Assembly: GCF_028641065.1 (NCBI RefSeq)
Contig: NC_073397.1
Location: 7,812,001-7,876,000 of the forward strand
From: Leucoraja erinacea
Lineage: Eukaryota
Reading direction: 5' to 3'
Length of the DNA: 64,000 nucleotides
Part shown: positions 1 through 11,939 of the stretch, one piece after another
Layout of the letters: every line of letters starts with the position of its first letter
Position numbering within the stretch: the stretch's first letter is position 1
Program-made: the position numbers and the translations under genes
Notes under the pieces: generated by a model
Database searches by the model: none
What the model was told of the DNA's origin: nothing
The model's input: the letters and a program-made list of their open reading frames with translations, nothing else

Positions 1-220
1 TTCATAAGACAGTCCTGACATCCCAGGAATCAGTCTGGTGAACCTTCTCTGCACTCCCTCTATGGCAAGAATGTCCTTCCTCAGATTTAGAGACCAAAAC
101 TGTACACAATACTCCAGGTGTGGTCTCACCAAGACCCTGTACAACTGCAGTAGAACCTCCCTGCTCCTATACTCAAATCCTTTTGCTATGAAAGCTAACA
201 TACCATTCGCTTTCTTCACT
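1..220 (-). mobile_element. CR1 (HER1-type) LINE fragment
   Basis: Highly similar to the CR1 copies at 17670-17885 and 42640-42810; ORF2 C-terminal region. Confidence 0.85.
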
Positions 221-617
221 GAGTTGGGGGGTCAGTGCTAGTGTACACCTGAAACAAGGACCGTTCAACGTAACCAACAAAAAACATAGGCATAGCTACA
301 GCCTATGTGGGTGCTCATACCTGCACCATCACCTTGGAGAAAGTGAGAGGAGTCGAAAGATAAATTGTTGAGGGTGAAGACAAGTCCGCCGGGTGGAGGG
401 GAATGTTAGGAAAGGGAAGTTGAGTGCGTCTCTTTTCAAAGAGGAGCGACATGATAAACGATTGTTATCAGGCTGGAGAAATAGAGAAACCGCTCTTTCC
501 AGCTGTTGGTGCGAAGACCAACGTCCAGGTTCAGGAACAGCTTCTTCCCGACAGCCATCAGGCTATTAAACACAACAACGTCCAATAAGCTCTGAACTAC
601 AATAAACTATTATTATT

Positions 618-786
618 NNNNNNNNNNNNNNNNNNNNNNNNNNNNNNNNNNNNNNNNNNNNNNNNNNNNNNNNNNNNNNNNNNNNNNNNNNNNNNNNNNN
701 NNNNNNNNNNNNNNNNNNNNNNNNNNNNNNNNNNNNNNNNNNNNNNNNNNNNNNNNNNNNNNNNNNNNNNNNNNNNNNNNNNNNNN
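618..786. other. Assembly gap (169 N)
   Basis: Run of N. Confidence 1.
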
Positions 787-850
787 ATGACTCTTGATAT
801 CTCTTCCTAATATATTTCAGTAATTTGTTTTTGGGGGGGGTGGGGATTAT

Positions 851-1950
851 AGGGAGATTTCACGAAAGGTCACTGGAGCGTAGATCCTCACCCACGTGAC
901 CGCAAAATTTAACTGGGGTACAATCGTCACTTCCGGTACATGTTAGTGATGCTGAAAACACACACTTTCACACCCGTTAAAAACCGCGAAAACGGCCAGT
1001 TTTTGAGCTGTAAATTACTGTGCCAGTCGGGGTGACCGTGAGGCACAGCTACCTAACTTTACAGTCCAGAAGAAAGATAAAAACTAAGGTAAATTCAAGA
1101 GGGAGCTGAAGGTGCAAAAACAGCGGAAGTGGTCAGCGGACATTTGCCGTGGAGATATAAAGATAGAAAATATCGGGAATTATCGCGTTTGCTCGCTGCA
1201 TTTCATCAAAAGTAAGGCATTATTGACTTTTTATCTTTATTCATTTGTTATATGAAAAGTTTTAAAAGTGAAAAATCCGTCAGTAAAATTGCAAAATCGC
1301 CCATGGTTCTCAGGTGGGTTTTAACATGCAAAATGAAAACGCTTCTGAAGCTCCATTTACCATTTAAATAATCGTAAACTATCAATGCGTTTTGAAATAA
1401 ATTTTACTCAGATGCAAGCTAAGGAATGGGATAATTGTCAGCTGTTAATTGGACAAAATCAGGACATTTTATTATGTGCCAAAATATATTTCTCAATGCT
1501 CACAGTGGGTGCCCAATCAGGATTGTTGACATCATTCCATGCTGCAGGCTTGTCTGTTATTCGATGATAAATAAATAAGTAGTTTGGGTGATTGTGCAGG
1601 CTTTAAACAAGAAACATTGAGAAATATATTTTGGCAAATAATAAAATGTCCTGATTTTGTCCAACTAACAGCTGACAATTATCCCATTCCTTAGCTTGCA
1701 TCTGAGTAAAATTTATTTCAAAACGCATTGATAGTTTACAATTATCTGGACTGTATAGCTGTGCCTCACGGTCACCCCGACTGGCACAGTAATTTACAGC
1801 TCAAAAACTGGCCGCCGTTTTTAACGGGTGTGAAAGTGCGTGTTTTCAGCATCACTAACGTGTACCGGAAGTGACGATTGTACTCCAGTTAAATTTTGCG
1901 GTCACGTGGGTGAGGATCTACGCTCCAGTGACCTTTCGTGAAATCACCCT
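851..1950. mobile_element. Non-autonomous DNA transposon (MITE) with about 200-bp TIRs; AT flanks suggest PIF/ISL2EU-like
   Basis: AGGGAGATTTCACGAAAGGTCAC... at 851 is the reverse complement of ...GTGACCTTTCGTGAAATCACCCT ending at 1950. Both ends are flanked by AT. A second inner inverted repeat lies at about 1370-1498 / 1615-1745. Confidence 0.85.
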
Positions 1951-2491
1951 ATTTCAAAACTGCAGGCATTGCAAACCATGAGGTGCAGCCAACCGCGGGG
2001 AGAATGATGACGGATTTCATGTGGACTCAGATAGGTTGGTGGAGGTGGGAACGCATGTGTCAAGTGAAGCATTCCGGTGGGAAGGGGGAACAGATGCTGT
2101 GGTGCAATGGGTACAGGTCTGAAGGAGGATGGAAACAGAAAGGCCTTTGCAACCCATTAAAGGGAGCAGAGCTGATTGAGAGACCAATCTAAAAAAAAAT
2201 CCAAGCCATTCATGAACAGAGAAACACAATACTAAAGCAGGCAGGTTTTAACTTTTGGATTGACTCTACAAGGGAGGTAGCTTTCAGGAAAAGGCTGGAG
2301 AAGCCAGGATGTTCAAAATAGAGGGGATGCCACTTACAATGTGTGGCGGCGAATCAAATATCTCAGATATAGATGTGATTGGAAAGCAAACATACAGCAG
2401 TAACCGGAACACAAGGATTGGCTGCAGGGTGGAGGTGGATTCAATCTGGGCTTTCAAAAGGGAATTGGAACCGTTTTTGAAACTTCACAAG

Positions 2492-2810
2492 TTATCGGTG
2501 TAGAATTAGGCGATTCAGCCCATCGAGTCCACTCCGCCATTCAATCATGGCTGATCTCTGCCTCCTAATCCCATCTTCTCTCCTTCTCTCCATAACCCTT
2601 GCCTTCTGTTCTAATCAAGAATTTGTCCATCTCTGCCTTAAATATATCCATTGACTTGGCTGCCTCAGACCTCTGTGGCAATGAGTTCCACAGATTAACT
2701 ACCCTCGGACTAAAGACATCCTGTCTAAAAGAGTGCCCTTTGATTCTGAGGCTAGGACCAGACTCTCCCACCAGTGGAAACTTCCTTTCCACATCCACTC
2801 TAACTATGCC
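2492..2810 (-). mobile_element. CR1 LINE 3' fragment
   Basis: Minus-strand FSPRVVNLWNSLPQ motif and the CR1 3'UTR (gatcagccatgattgaatggcgg). Confidence 0.85.
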
Positions 2811-2969
2811 TTAGATAGCGGGAGAATTGCAGAGTTTGAGGTAAGGGCAGGGGTGGGCCTAGCCATTTGTTCTTACAGGGAAGTAGCGGGGACTAAAGGG
2901 GCTTTATGGCCTCTTATTCCATTACTGATCAACAAATTGTAAGATTCTATGAGCTCTTGCAATCCATAT

Positions 2970-2973
<4 letters not shown>

Positions 2974-3005
<32 letters not shown>
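2974..3005. repeat. (TA)n microsatellite
   Basis: Seen directly. Confidence 0.95.
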
Positions 3006-3009
<4 letters not shown>

Positions 3010-3657
3010 CCATGGAAGTATTTTATACCAAATTATGCTGGTTTTGATTAAGTCCTCTGCCATAGACAATCCATCCTCTGGGCACATAGATATTGCCAAG
3101 CATGCATCAGTCCAAGTTCAAAGGTTGGCTTGCTGTGCACATGCAGTCTATCATGCTTCCTATATTTAGAGCCAGAGTGATACAGTGCGGAAACAGACCC
3201 ATCAGCCCAACTTGTCCGGGCCAACATATCCCAGCTACACTAGTCCCACCTGCCAGCGTTTGGTCCAAATCCTTCCAAACCCGTCCTATCCATATACCTG
3301 TCTAACTGTTTCTTAAACGTTGGGATAGTCCCAGCCTCAACTACCTCCATACACTCACCATCCTTTGTATGAAAAAGTTACCCCTCAGATTCCTATTAAT
3401 TTTTTTCCCCTTCACCTTAAACCTATGTCCTCTGGTCCTCGATTCTCCTACTCTGGGCAAGAGACTCTGCGCATCTCTCCCGATCTGTTCCTCTCATGAA
3501 TAAAGAGGAATACATCTGCATCTGCAAGAATAGATCTTAGTTGTTAAGATATCTCAAGACCAAAAGGTGTCAGATATAAACAAGCCTTGTTTTTTTGACA
3601 ATCATTCTTACAAAGTTTCAGAAGCTTATGTGCATTCAATAACTTAAAGGTACAGAC

Positions 3658-3883
3658 CTGCAAAACACAGTAGAATGGTAACAATAGCTTTCCCTGCGGT
3701 AATGATCAGGTCTCCAATCATCTCCTTAATCCCCATCATTAATAATGTTAGCCTCCAGGCCAATCTTTGCTTGTTGCCCGCTTTGTCTTCAGTCAATGTT
3801 TCCTCCTCTTCCTCTTCCTCGTACTCCGCAGAATCTGACTCCGAGCTCGTTTCTTCTTCGGATTCTGTGCCTTCCACTTCTTC
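3658..3883 (-). CDS. PIEZO2-like: PIEZO2-like coding exon 6 (gene continues beyond the left edge of the window)
   Basis: ctgtcag acceptor, gtctgt donor, 226 nt, phase 0-1. Acidic tract, then GIKEMIGDLIITAGKAIVTILLCFA(G), compared with PIEZO2 KLKEFIGNMITTAGKVVVTILLGSSG. Confidence 0.94.
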
Positions 3884-4102
3884 CTGACAGCAATAAAGAT
3901 CAAAAAGTAAAAGAAGGGATTGAATTTAGTTGAGCGTTTTGGTAAATGGGGTACAGTTAGAGATTTAACTTGGATGGCCATCCCTCGCTCCCGTATTCCT
4001 CCCAAAAAACTGACTGCGAGCAAAAATAGCTCAGAGGTTTTAATAGAAAATTGCATAAACCTAACCGCAGAAACGGATAAATCTGACTTTCAACTGATAG
4101 AT

Positions 4103-4405
4103 TGGGCAGCACAGTGGCACAACAGTAGAGTTGCTGCCTTACAGCATGTGAGACCCGGGTTCGATCCTGACCACGGGTGCTGTTTGTATGGAGTTTGTAC
4201 ATTCTCCCTGTGACTGTGTGGGTTTTCTCCAGGTGTTCTGGTTTCCTCCTACACTCCAAAGATGTACAGATTTGCAGGTTAATGGCTTGTAAAATTCGTA
4301 AAGTTTCCCTAGTGTGTAGGATAGTGCTCATGTAGAGGGTGATCGCTGGTCGGCACAGACTCGGTGGACCAAAGGGCCTGTTGCCACATTGTATCTCTGA
4401 AGTTT
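4103..4405 (+). mobile_element. HE1/V-SINE-type tRNA-derived SINE
   Basis: tRNA-like head (GGCAGCACAGTGG...GGTTCGATCC), V-domain GGAGTTTGTACATTCTCCCTGTG, and CR1-like tail AAGGGCCTGTT...TGTATCTCT. Confidence 0.85.
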
Positions 4406-4762
4406 AAAGCTTAAAGTCTAAAAGTAATCAGCAAACACTCTCTCAAACAGTCGCACACGTTTGAGAGCAGACCTGCAGACAGTCCGGGCATGATTTCTGA
4501 TGAGGGGACACTAATTGTAGTGAGGCCGAGACATATCAATAGAAACAGCAATTCATTTCAGTTAAACAGAAACATAACTTGGCATCTAAAAGCTCTCCTC
4601 CACTTCTATGAACCTTAACATGTGATATGATGGAACTTTATTTATCCCCAGTTGGAAATTGGTCGACCAACAGTCGTAAAACGCAACAAGATGCATGAAA
4701 CATGAAATTAAAGTGAAATTAGTGAAGAATGGAAAGTCCAGGATTCGGGATGTGCGATAATT

Positions 4763-4774
4763 GGGGAGGGGGGG

Positions 4775-4808
<34 letters not shown>
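4763..4808. repeat. Poly(G) tract
   Basis: Seen directly; a similar tract lies at about 20231-20261. Confidence 0.9.
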
Positions 4809-4809
<1 letters not shown>

Positions 4810-5591
4810 AATGGAGTAGCAACTCAGCTAAATTAGCAACCCTACATTCCATAGCCACTCGAAAACAAGATTCCAACACTGTTTTCCAGATAGTGGGAGA
4901 TATTTTCTGCATCTGTCCATGCGTGGGGACTTACATTGCCTGTGAACGTAGCCTTTCTCAGGCCATTCTATGGGAATGCCTGGCGTTGGTGAACAAAACA
5001 TAACCGCAATAGTTTATTCGATCACCGGCGTTGATTGCCGCAGGTTGCGCACAAACGTTGCAGACAAGGGGGGCTGATGATTGGCTCAGGGAGGGAGCAG
5101 TGGCGCGGTCTGCTCTGATAATAAATGCCTTGTCGGAGAGAGAACCTTAGCCTTGGACAATGTCGCGAACAGTGCCAGGTGATCAAGAACTTGATGTGTT
5201 CGCAAGTGTATACGGGTTTACGTGAGTGTATGTAGAAACATCCTGCGGCAAGCTCTGCTGTGTGCTCGGGGTTTGCGAGTGTGATCAGGCGGGGGTAAGT
5301 GGGGATACGTGAGTGTATGTGCCTTATTTAGTAGTGTCATAAATTACTGAGTGAATCAAACTCTGTTATCTGAATCTGGTGATTTATCGAACACAACAGG
5401 CGAGTCAGTCTACCCCACAACAGGAGGGGGAGGAGTTGTACAGTTTGATAGCCACAGGGAAAAATGATCTCCTGTAGCGTTCTGTGCTGCAGAACATAAT
5501 ATAATTATCTGGCAAATTGGTCTCCAGTTGAACAAAAATGATTAGTATAAACACAGAGTTCTGTTCCCTCTGACAGAAATTTCCTCCTTAC

Positions 5592-5760
5592 CTCAGGCCC
5601 ACTCTGACCCACGTCCTTGACATGATCTTGGACTCCATTGTCTGTCCTGGGGACGATCACCAATTTCCGACACATGATAAAAGCAGCCAAGCTCCCAATC
5701 AACATCCCAATATCTGGGATCACCAGGCGAATCCCATTTCCAACACCAGCTGCACTCAAC
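5592..5760 (-). CDS. PIEZO2-like: PIEZO2-like coding exon 5
   Basis: tttgtag acceptor, gtaagg donor, 169 nt, phase 2-0. Translates LSAAGVGNGIRLVIPDIGMLIGSLAAFIMCRKLV...GPE, compared with PIEZO2 ADAGNGIRVFVPDIGMFIASL. Confidence 0.95.
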
Positions 5761-6728
5761 CTACAAACGGTTGAAAAGACAATATCTATTAAAGAAGAAA
5801 TTAATAACAATAAACGTCTGTGATGAAATGAGAGGAACACACTAGAGAACATATGCACAAAAAGCTGGAGTAACTCAGAGGGACAGGCAGCATCTCTGGA
5901 GAGAAAGAATGCTGCCTGTCCCGCTGAGTTACTCCAGCTTTTTGTGTCTATCTTCGGTTTAACCAGTATCTGCAGTTCCTTCTTACACACTAGAGAACAT
6001 TACAGGTCTCGACCCAGAAACGTCACCCATTCCTTCTATCCAGAGATGCTCCCTGTCCCGCTGAGCTACTCCAGCATTCTGTGTCTATTACAATTACTGC
6101 TCCAGGCTGGCAGTGGATGGAAGGTGTTACTGGCATTTGTACAGACGGGCAGGGCACGGAATGTGTTGCCTGGCTGGTCAGGTAGTCCATGGACCGTCAT
6201 CCTCTCTAGTCCAGAGTAACAATGTATCAAATGTGCTAAATGTCTGTCAACTGGTCAGGCAGGGAAACCCAACACATGTTCTTTGCAGGCAGTGTGTCAC
6301 AGAAACATAGAAGATAGGTGCAGGAGTAGGCCATTCGGCCCTTCGAGCCAGCACCGCCATTCAATATGATCATGGCTGATCATCCAAAATCAGTACCCCG
6401 TTCCTGCTTTCTCCCCATGTCCCTTGTTTCCGTTAGCCCTAAATCTAACTCTCTCTTGAATAGAATCAGTGACTTGGCCTCCATTTAACGTGTTGTGTTT
6501 AATTATCTAGACCAGCAGCAATAGAATGTGTTACACTTACTGGTCCTTGGATGCGAATTAGGTGTTTCATGTACTCTTCTACACCGCAGTGTGTCGCCTT
6601 CACAAGTCTTGACTGGCAGGGGATGTCGTGGGTCTGTGCTCATGTGTGTTCATAAAGTATGCCAGTACTAGGCTGGGTTTGTATTGTCCCTGTTACTGGT
6701 GACAAGTTAGTGGAAGCTATAATTGAAT

Positions 6729-7081
6729 GGGCGGCCTGGTGGCGCAGCGGTAGAGCTACTGCCTTACAGCGCCAGATACTCGGGTTTGATCCTGACTACG
6801 GGAGCTGTCCGTACGGAGTTTGTATGGTTTCCCCGTGACCATGTGGGTTTTCTCCGGGTGCTCTGGGTTCCTTCCACACTCCAAAGACAAACAGGTTTGT
6901 AGGTTAATTGGCTTTGGTAAAATGGTAAATTGTCCTGTGTGTGCTTGTGTGTGCGTGTGGGTGTGCGTGTGTGTGCGTGTGTGTGTGTAGGATAGTACTA
7001 GTGTGCGGGGATCGCTGGTCGGCGTGGATTCGGTGGGCTGAAGGGCCTGTTTCCATGCTACATTTCTCAACTAAACTAAAC
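6729..7081 (+). mobile_element. HE1/V-SINE-type SINE with internal (TG)n
   Basis: Same family as 4103-4405; ends in (CTAAA)n. Confidence 0.85.
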
Positions 7082-7324
7082 TCATGACTATGTAAAATAT
7101 TCATTGTAGGAATGTGGTTGGAGAGAGTGAGATGACATGCTGGGATAATGATCATGCCATCCATCACACACATTTTAACCTTCAAATGTGCAGTACATTG
7201 TGCTCCATTGGACATTGAAGAGAGGTGGTCGGTGTGCCTGGTTTGATGGTTTACTCCCCACTGGAGCCTATCCTACCCATTGTCAAGGCACAAGCCAACC
7301 TCCCACCCCACTGTGGTCACTTAC

Positions 7325-7367
7325 CTGACTATTCCTGTCTGCCAGAGGGCGCTCTCCCACGCCGTCC
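7325..7367 (-). CDS. PIEZO2-like: PIEZO2-like coding exon 4
   Basis: ctttcccatag acceptor, gtaagt donor, 43 nt (conserved PIEZO exon size), phase 1-2. Translates (G)TAWESALWQTGIV(R), compared with CSTWEKTFRQIGF. Confidence 0.92.
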
Positions 7368-7794
7368 CTATGGGAAAGAGAAAGATTGCTTGATGAAATA
7401 CTTTTGGCCATTGGGTCCATCAAGTCTACTCCGCCATTCAATCATGACTAATCTACCTTTCCCTCTCAACCCAATTCTCCTGCCTTTGCCCCAAAACCCC
7501 TGACGCCCTTACTAATCATTTTAACTTGGCTTTTAATCAGAATATCCCTCGTTACCATGAAGGATCCAACCCCATGCAGAGTTGGAATCTACATCTTTTC
7601 TTTGCGTAAAAAAAATGTTCAACACATGTCACATTTGCCTTTGTTCAGAGCGAAGGATCTGGTGAGAGGGGGGGAGAAGGGCAGAAACTGAGGGAGATAG
7701 ACACTTCTCAGGGTGTCCTAAGGCAGTACTTGCAATGGTCACTTACCTTCAGCTAAAGACACAGAGTGCTGGAGTAACTCAGTGGGTCAGGCAG

Positions 7795-7996
7795 TGTAGA
7801 TCATGTGCATGTGCCTTTAATATAGTGACCTCACCACTACTAACCACTCCCCATATCAGAAGTATAATTGCAACCTCCCCACCCATTGATCTCTCTCTAG
7901 CTCCGGTGACAGACCACGTACAGCTAGGGCAGCAACGGTTATGTGATATTAATAAAAAGTAGTAAAGACACAATGTGTTCATGACTCCTCTTTACA
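7795..7996 (+). mobile_element. Short solo LTR (202 bp)
   Basis: TGTAGATCA...TTTACA termini, internal AATAAA, perfect 5-bp TSD GGCAG (7790-7794 / 7997-8001). Interrupts a Penelope-derived repeat. Confidence 0.75.
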
Positions 7997-8759
7997 GGCA
8001 GCATCTCTGGAGAACATGGATAGGCGATGTTTGCGGTTGGGACCTTTCCTAAAACATCCTGACCCGAAACGTCACCACTCCTTGTCCTCCAGAGATACTG
8101 CCTGACCCACTGAGTTACTCCAGTACTTTATGGCATTCTTTGCAAACTAGCATCTGCAGTTCCTCGTTTCTACATGTACCTTCAGCTAATGGCTTTCTCC
8201 AAGCAAGTAGACCCTGGGTGAAACCAGAAATCACAGACCGCCAGCCTGATTGAACGTTTTTAACCGCTGAGCTAACAGTTGGTAGTGGGTTAGTTTCGGG
8301 CTCCATATCCTCCCTCCATCAAAACCTAAATGTCAACGGGCTGGAGGCACGATAGCATTGAACATTTTGTCACCTGCTCGCACCCGATGCAGCTCATGTC
8401 TGAGAGTTACAATTAGGTTCCATGTGACAAACCGTAACCTGTAGCCCTGCAATAACATGAGACCATATCACCACTGCACAGTGAAGGCAACCACCGCAAA
8501 ACCACGAGAGAGAAAAATAATAAATCAAACCCATTTCCAAGTCTGTTCACAAATCATAGAACGACGGTGATGGTAAATCAGCAGGTTAAAATCTTTTAAC
8601 TTTACGGGCTGAGTCCAATGTTTGGCTTTGCAGGACACTGGAGCTTCACAGTGGCCACTATGCAGAGCGTACATCCTTTGAGGAAATACAGATGCAGCCA
8701 AAACCATAGGGTCATAGAGTCATACAGCATAGAAAAAGGCCCGTTGGCTAACTCATCCT

Positions 8760-10585
8760 TCAGATTCAATTTTAATTGTCATTGTCAGTGTACAGTACAG
8801 AGACAACGAAATGCATTTAGCATCTCCCTTGAAGAGCGACATAGCAAGTGTCTTTGGATTTGAATAAAAACTAAAATACCCGTCTAACTGCCTCTTCTGG
8901 GGGGGGGGTTCCAGTCCCGAGGTACGTTGTTTAGTAGAGTGACAGCGGCCAGAAAGAAGCTGTTCCTCGACCTGCTGGTTCGGCAACGGAGAGACCTGTA
9001 GGAGGGTAAACAGTGTGGTTGGGGTGAGAGCAGTCCTTGGCGATGCTGAGCGCCCTCCGCAGACAGCGTACTTGCTTTGGACAGACTCAATGGAGGGGAG
9101 CGAGGAACCGGTGATGCGTTGGGCAATTTTCACCACCCTCTGCAATGCCTTCCGGTGGGAGACAGAGCAGTTGCCATACCATAACACTGTGATGCAGTTG
9201 GTAAGGATGCTCTCGAGCGCAGCGGTAGAAGTTCACCAGGATCTGAGGAGACAGATGGACCTTCTACAGTCTCCTCAAGAAGAAGAGACGCTGATGAGCC
9301 TTCTTGATCAGAGTAGAGGTATTGTGGGTCCAAGAGAGGTCATCGGAGATGTTGACTCCCAGGAACCTGAAGCTAGAAACACGTTCCACCTCCGTCCCGT
9401 TAATGTGGATGGGGGTGTGCGTGCCGCCTCTGGACTTCCTGAAGTCTACAATGAGCTCCTTGCAGTCTTCTTCCAAAGGGCCAGGTTGTTGTCAGCGCAC
9501 CATGCTAAGTGACCAAGTGCTGGACCTCCTCCCTGTAGGCCAGCTCATCGTTGTTGCTGATGGGCCAATCACCGTTGTATCATCTGCATACTTGATGATG
9601 GTGTTAGTACCATGTACAGGTGTGCAGTCATAGGTGAAGAGGGAGTAAGGAGGGGGCACAGCACACAGCCCTGAGGAACGCCGGTGTTCAGGGTGAGGGT
9701 TGAAGAGGTGTGCTTGTCTAACCTCACAGACTGGGGTCTGTTGGTTAGAAAGTCCAGTATCCAGTTGCAGAGGGAGGGGTCGATGCCCAGGTTACCGAGT
9801 TTGGTGATCAGTTTTGATGGAATAATGGTGTTGAATGCTGAGCTGTAATCGATGAACAGCATTCTTACATAAGTGTCTCTGTTGTCAAGGTGGGAGAGGG
9901 CGGAGTGAAGTGCCGTTGAGATGGCATCCTCCGTACTCCTGTTCTTGCGGTAGGCAAACTGATAGGGATCCAGTGTGGGGGGTAGGCAGCTTTTGAGGTG
10001 TGCCAGGACCAGCCTCTCGAAGCACTTGGTGATGATGGGAGTAAGTGCAACTGGGCGGAAGTCGTTGAGGCTTGCCGCAGTGGAGTGTTTTGGCACTGGC
10101 ACGATGGAGGTGGCTTTAAGGCAAGTGGGGACAACTGCTTGGGCAAGTGACAGGTTGCAGATGTCAGTCCAGACGTCTGTCAGCTGCGCAGCACAGGCAC
10201 TGAGCACGCGCCCGGGGATGCCGTCAGGGCCAGCAGCCTTACGTGCATTAGTCCTACTCAGTGCCACGTACACGTCGTAGGGGGTGAGTGTGAGGGGTTG
10301 GTGATCGGCAGGTAGCACAGCCTTGATGGCTGTCTCTAGATTGTCCCTGTCGAAGCGGCCATAGAAGTGATTCAGCTCCTCAAGGAAGGAGGCGTCGCTG
10401 GATGTGGGGGTGATGTTGGAGGGTCTGTAGTCCGTGATGGCCTGGATGCCTTGCCACATGCGTCGGGGGTCGGAGTTGTTGTTGAAGTGCTCCTCAATCC
10501 TGAGCTTATGGCAGTGCTTGGCCTTCCTGATGCCCCTCTTCAGGTTAGCCCTGGATGAACTGTAGGCTCGAGCATCGCCTGACCA
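8760..10585 (-). mobile_element. Rex1/Babar LINE, 5'-truncated, frameshifted RT
   Basis: ORFs contain [43 protein letters not shown] and KKAHQRLFFLRRL. 3' tail TGTACACTGACAATGACAATTAAA(TGAATC)n. Confidence 0.95.
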
Positions 10586-10739
10586 AGATCCTTGCTCCAT
10601 CCAAGCTAGTCACAGATCCATATCCCTCGAACCTTTCCCATCCATGTACTTGTCCAAGTGTCTTTTGAGTGTTACTATTGTACCCGTCTCAACTGCCTCT
10701 TCTGGCAGCTCATTCCATATCCCAACCTCCTGGGTATAC

Positions 10740-10975
10740 GGGGTGCAGTGTACGGGGACCAGCGATCCCAGTACACTAGCACTATCCGACATGCTAGGGA
10801 CAAATAACCCACAAACCTGTATATCTTTGGAGTGTGGGAGGAAACCAGAGCACCTGGAGAAAACCCTCGCGGTCACAGGCAGAAGGTACAAACTCACAGA
10901 TGCAGCACATGTGGTCAGGATCGAACCCAGGTCTCTGGCGCTGTAAGGGAGCAATTCTACTGCTACACCACTGTA
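10740..10975 (-). mobile_element. HE1-type SINE (partial)
   Basis: Reverse complement of the SINE head and V-domain. Confidence 0.75.
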
Positions 10976-11284
10976 CTGCCCCTGGATTTAAATGTCCAGA
11001 CAGAGAGATCAAGCCTACACAAATATATATGTATGAAATATACAACAGAGCGCTGGACAAAGAGTGGCAAGATGATGGTGGTGGCAATAAAGGACTCAGC
11101 TTCCAAGGTGGATAAAAGGAAAGTGGTGAGATATCAAATAGCCTTGATAAGAGTGAGGTGGGAGTGTGGTTGAGGTTACTCCCTCTAGGGGAAATGCAAC
11201 AATTCTGAATGAATGGCTTTTCCCCAGTTCTACCTATTTCTGCACAGTCTGCAGTCTCTCTCCAACATCATCTGAATGTCTTAC

Positions 11285-11386
11285 CATTGTACTGTACATA
11301 ATGGACCATTGCTTGAAATCCGATCTGAAGCAGCAGGAGGGTGAAGCTGGTGAGACACAAGGTTTTGAGAAGACATCCAGTGTGGC
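11285..11386 (-). CDS. PIEZO2-like: PIEZO2-like coding exon 3
   Basis: tttcag acceptor, gtaaga donor, 102 nt, phase 1-1. Translates (G)HTGCLLKTLCLTSFTLLLLQIGFQAMVHYVQYN(G), compared with PIEZO2 GHTGRLLKSLCFISLSF. Confidence 0.94.
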
Positions 11387-11444
11387 CTGAAACAGAAGGC
11401 ATATCAGTCAAGAGGCTGAGTGATAAAACAAGCAGGACACCAGA

Positions 11445-11750
11445 TTTAGTTTAATTTGGTTTAGAGATACAAAACGGAAAGAGGCCCTTCGGCCCACCGA
11501 GATCGTACTGACCAGCGATCCCGCACATTAACACAATCCTACACACACTAGGGACAATTTACATTTACGCCAAGCAAATTAACCTGCATATCTGTGTGAC
11601 TTTGGAATGTGGGAGGAAACCGAAGATCTCACAGAAAACGCATGCAGTCACAGGGAGAATGTACAAACTCAAACAGCACCCGTGGTCAGGATCTAACCCG
11701 GGTCGCTGGCGCTGTAAGGCAGCAGCTTTACCGCTGCACCACCGTGCCAT
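11445..11750 (-). mobile_element. HE1-type SINE
   Basis: Complete reverse-complement copy with (TTTAG)n tail. Confidence 0.85.
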
Positions 11751-11939
11751 CCTACATTTTATTTACATCACCCAATCTGGCTTTGGTTTCTCCGCTGTAG
11801 AAGAGGCCACATTGTCAACGTCCCTGGCACAGTGTTACAGGTTCTGGGACCATCACAATATGACCAACCGTAACTGGGCAGCCTCTTCATCTGCATCTGA
11901 CACCAGAGCCATGTTCCCTGGCACTGGGGAGATATGCCA

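Noticed and set aside
1-3657. PIEZO exon 7 (expected G..LPS..S.VYF motif)
   Set aside because: Not found on the minus strand. The 169-nt gap is flanked by repeats, so the exon probably lies outside the window.
4812-5398. Possible solo LTR ending ACACAACA
   Set aside because: TATA- and poly(A)-like signals are present, but no matching TG start with a TSD could be fixed. The same applies to 18551-18808.
8180-8213. AG...GT-bounded segment (CAG|GGTCTACTTGCTTGGAGAAAGCCATTAGCTGAAG|GT) as PIEZO exon 4
   Set aside because: It is 34 nt with an in-frame TGA in the required phase. The true 43-nt exon at 7325-7367 fits homology and phase.
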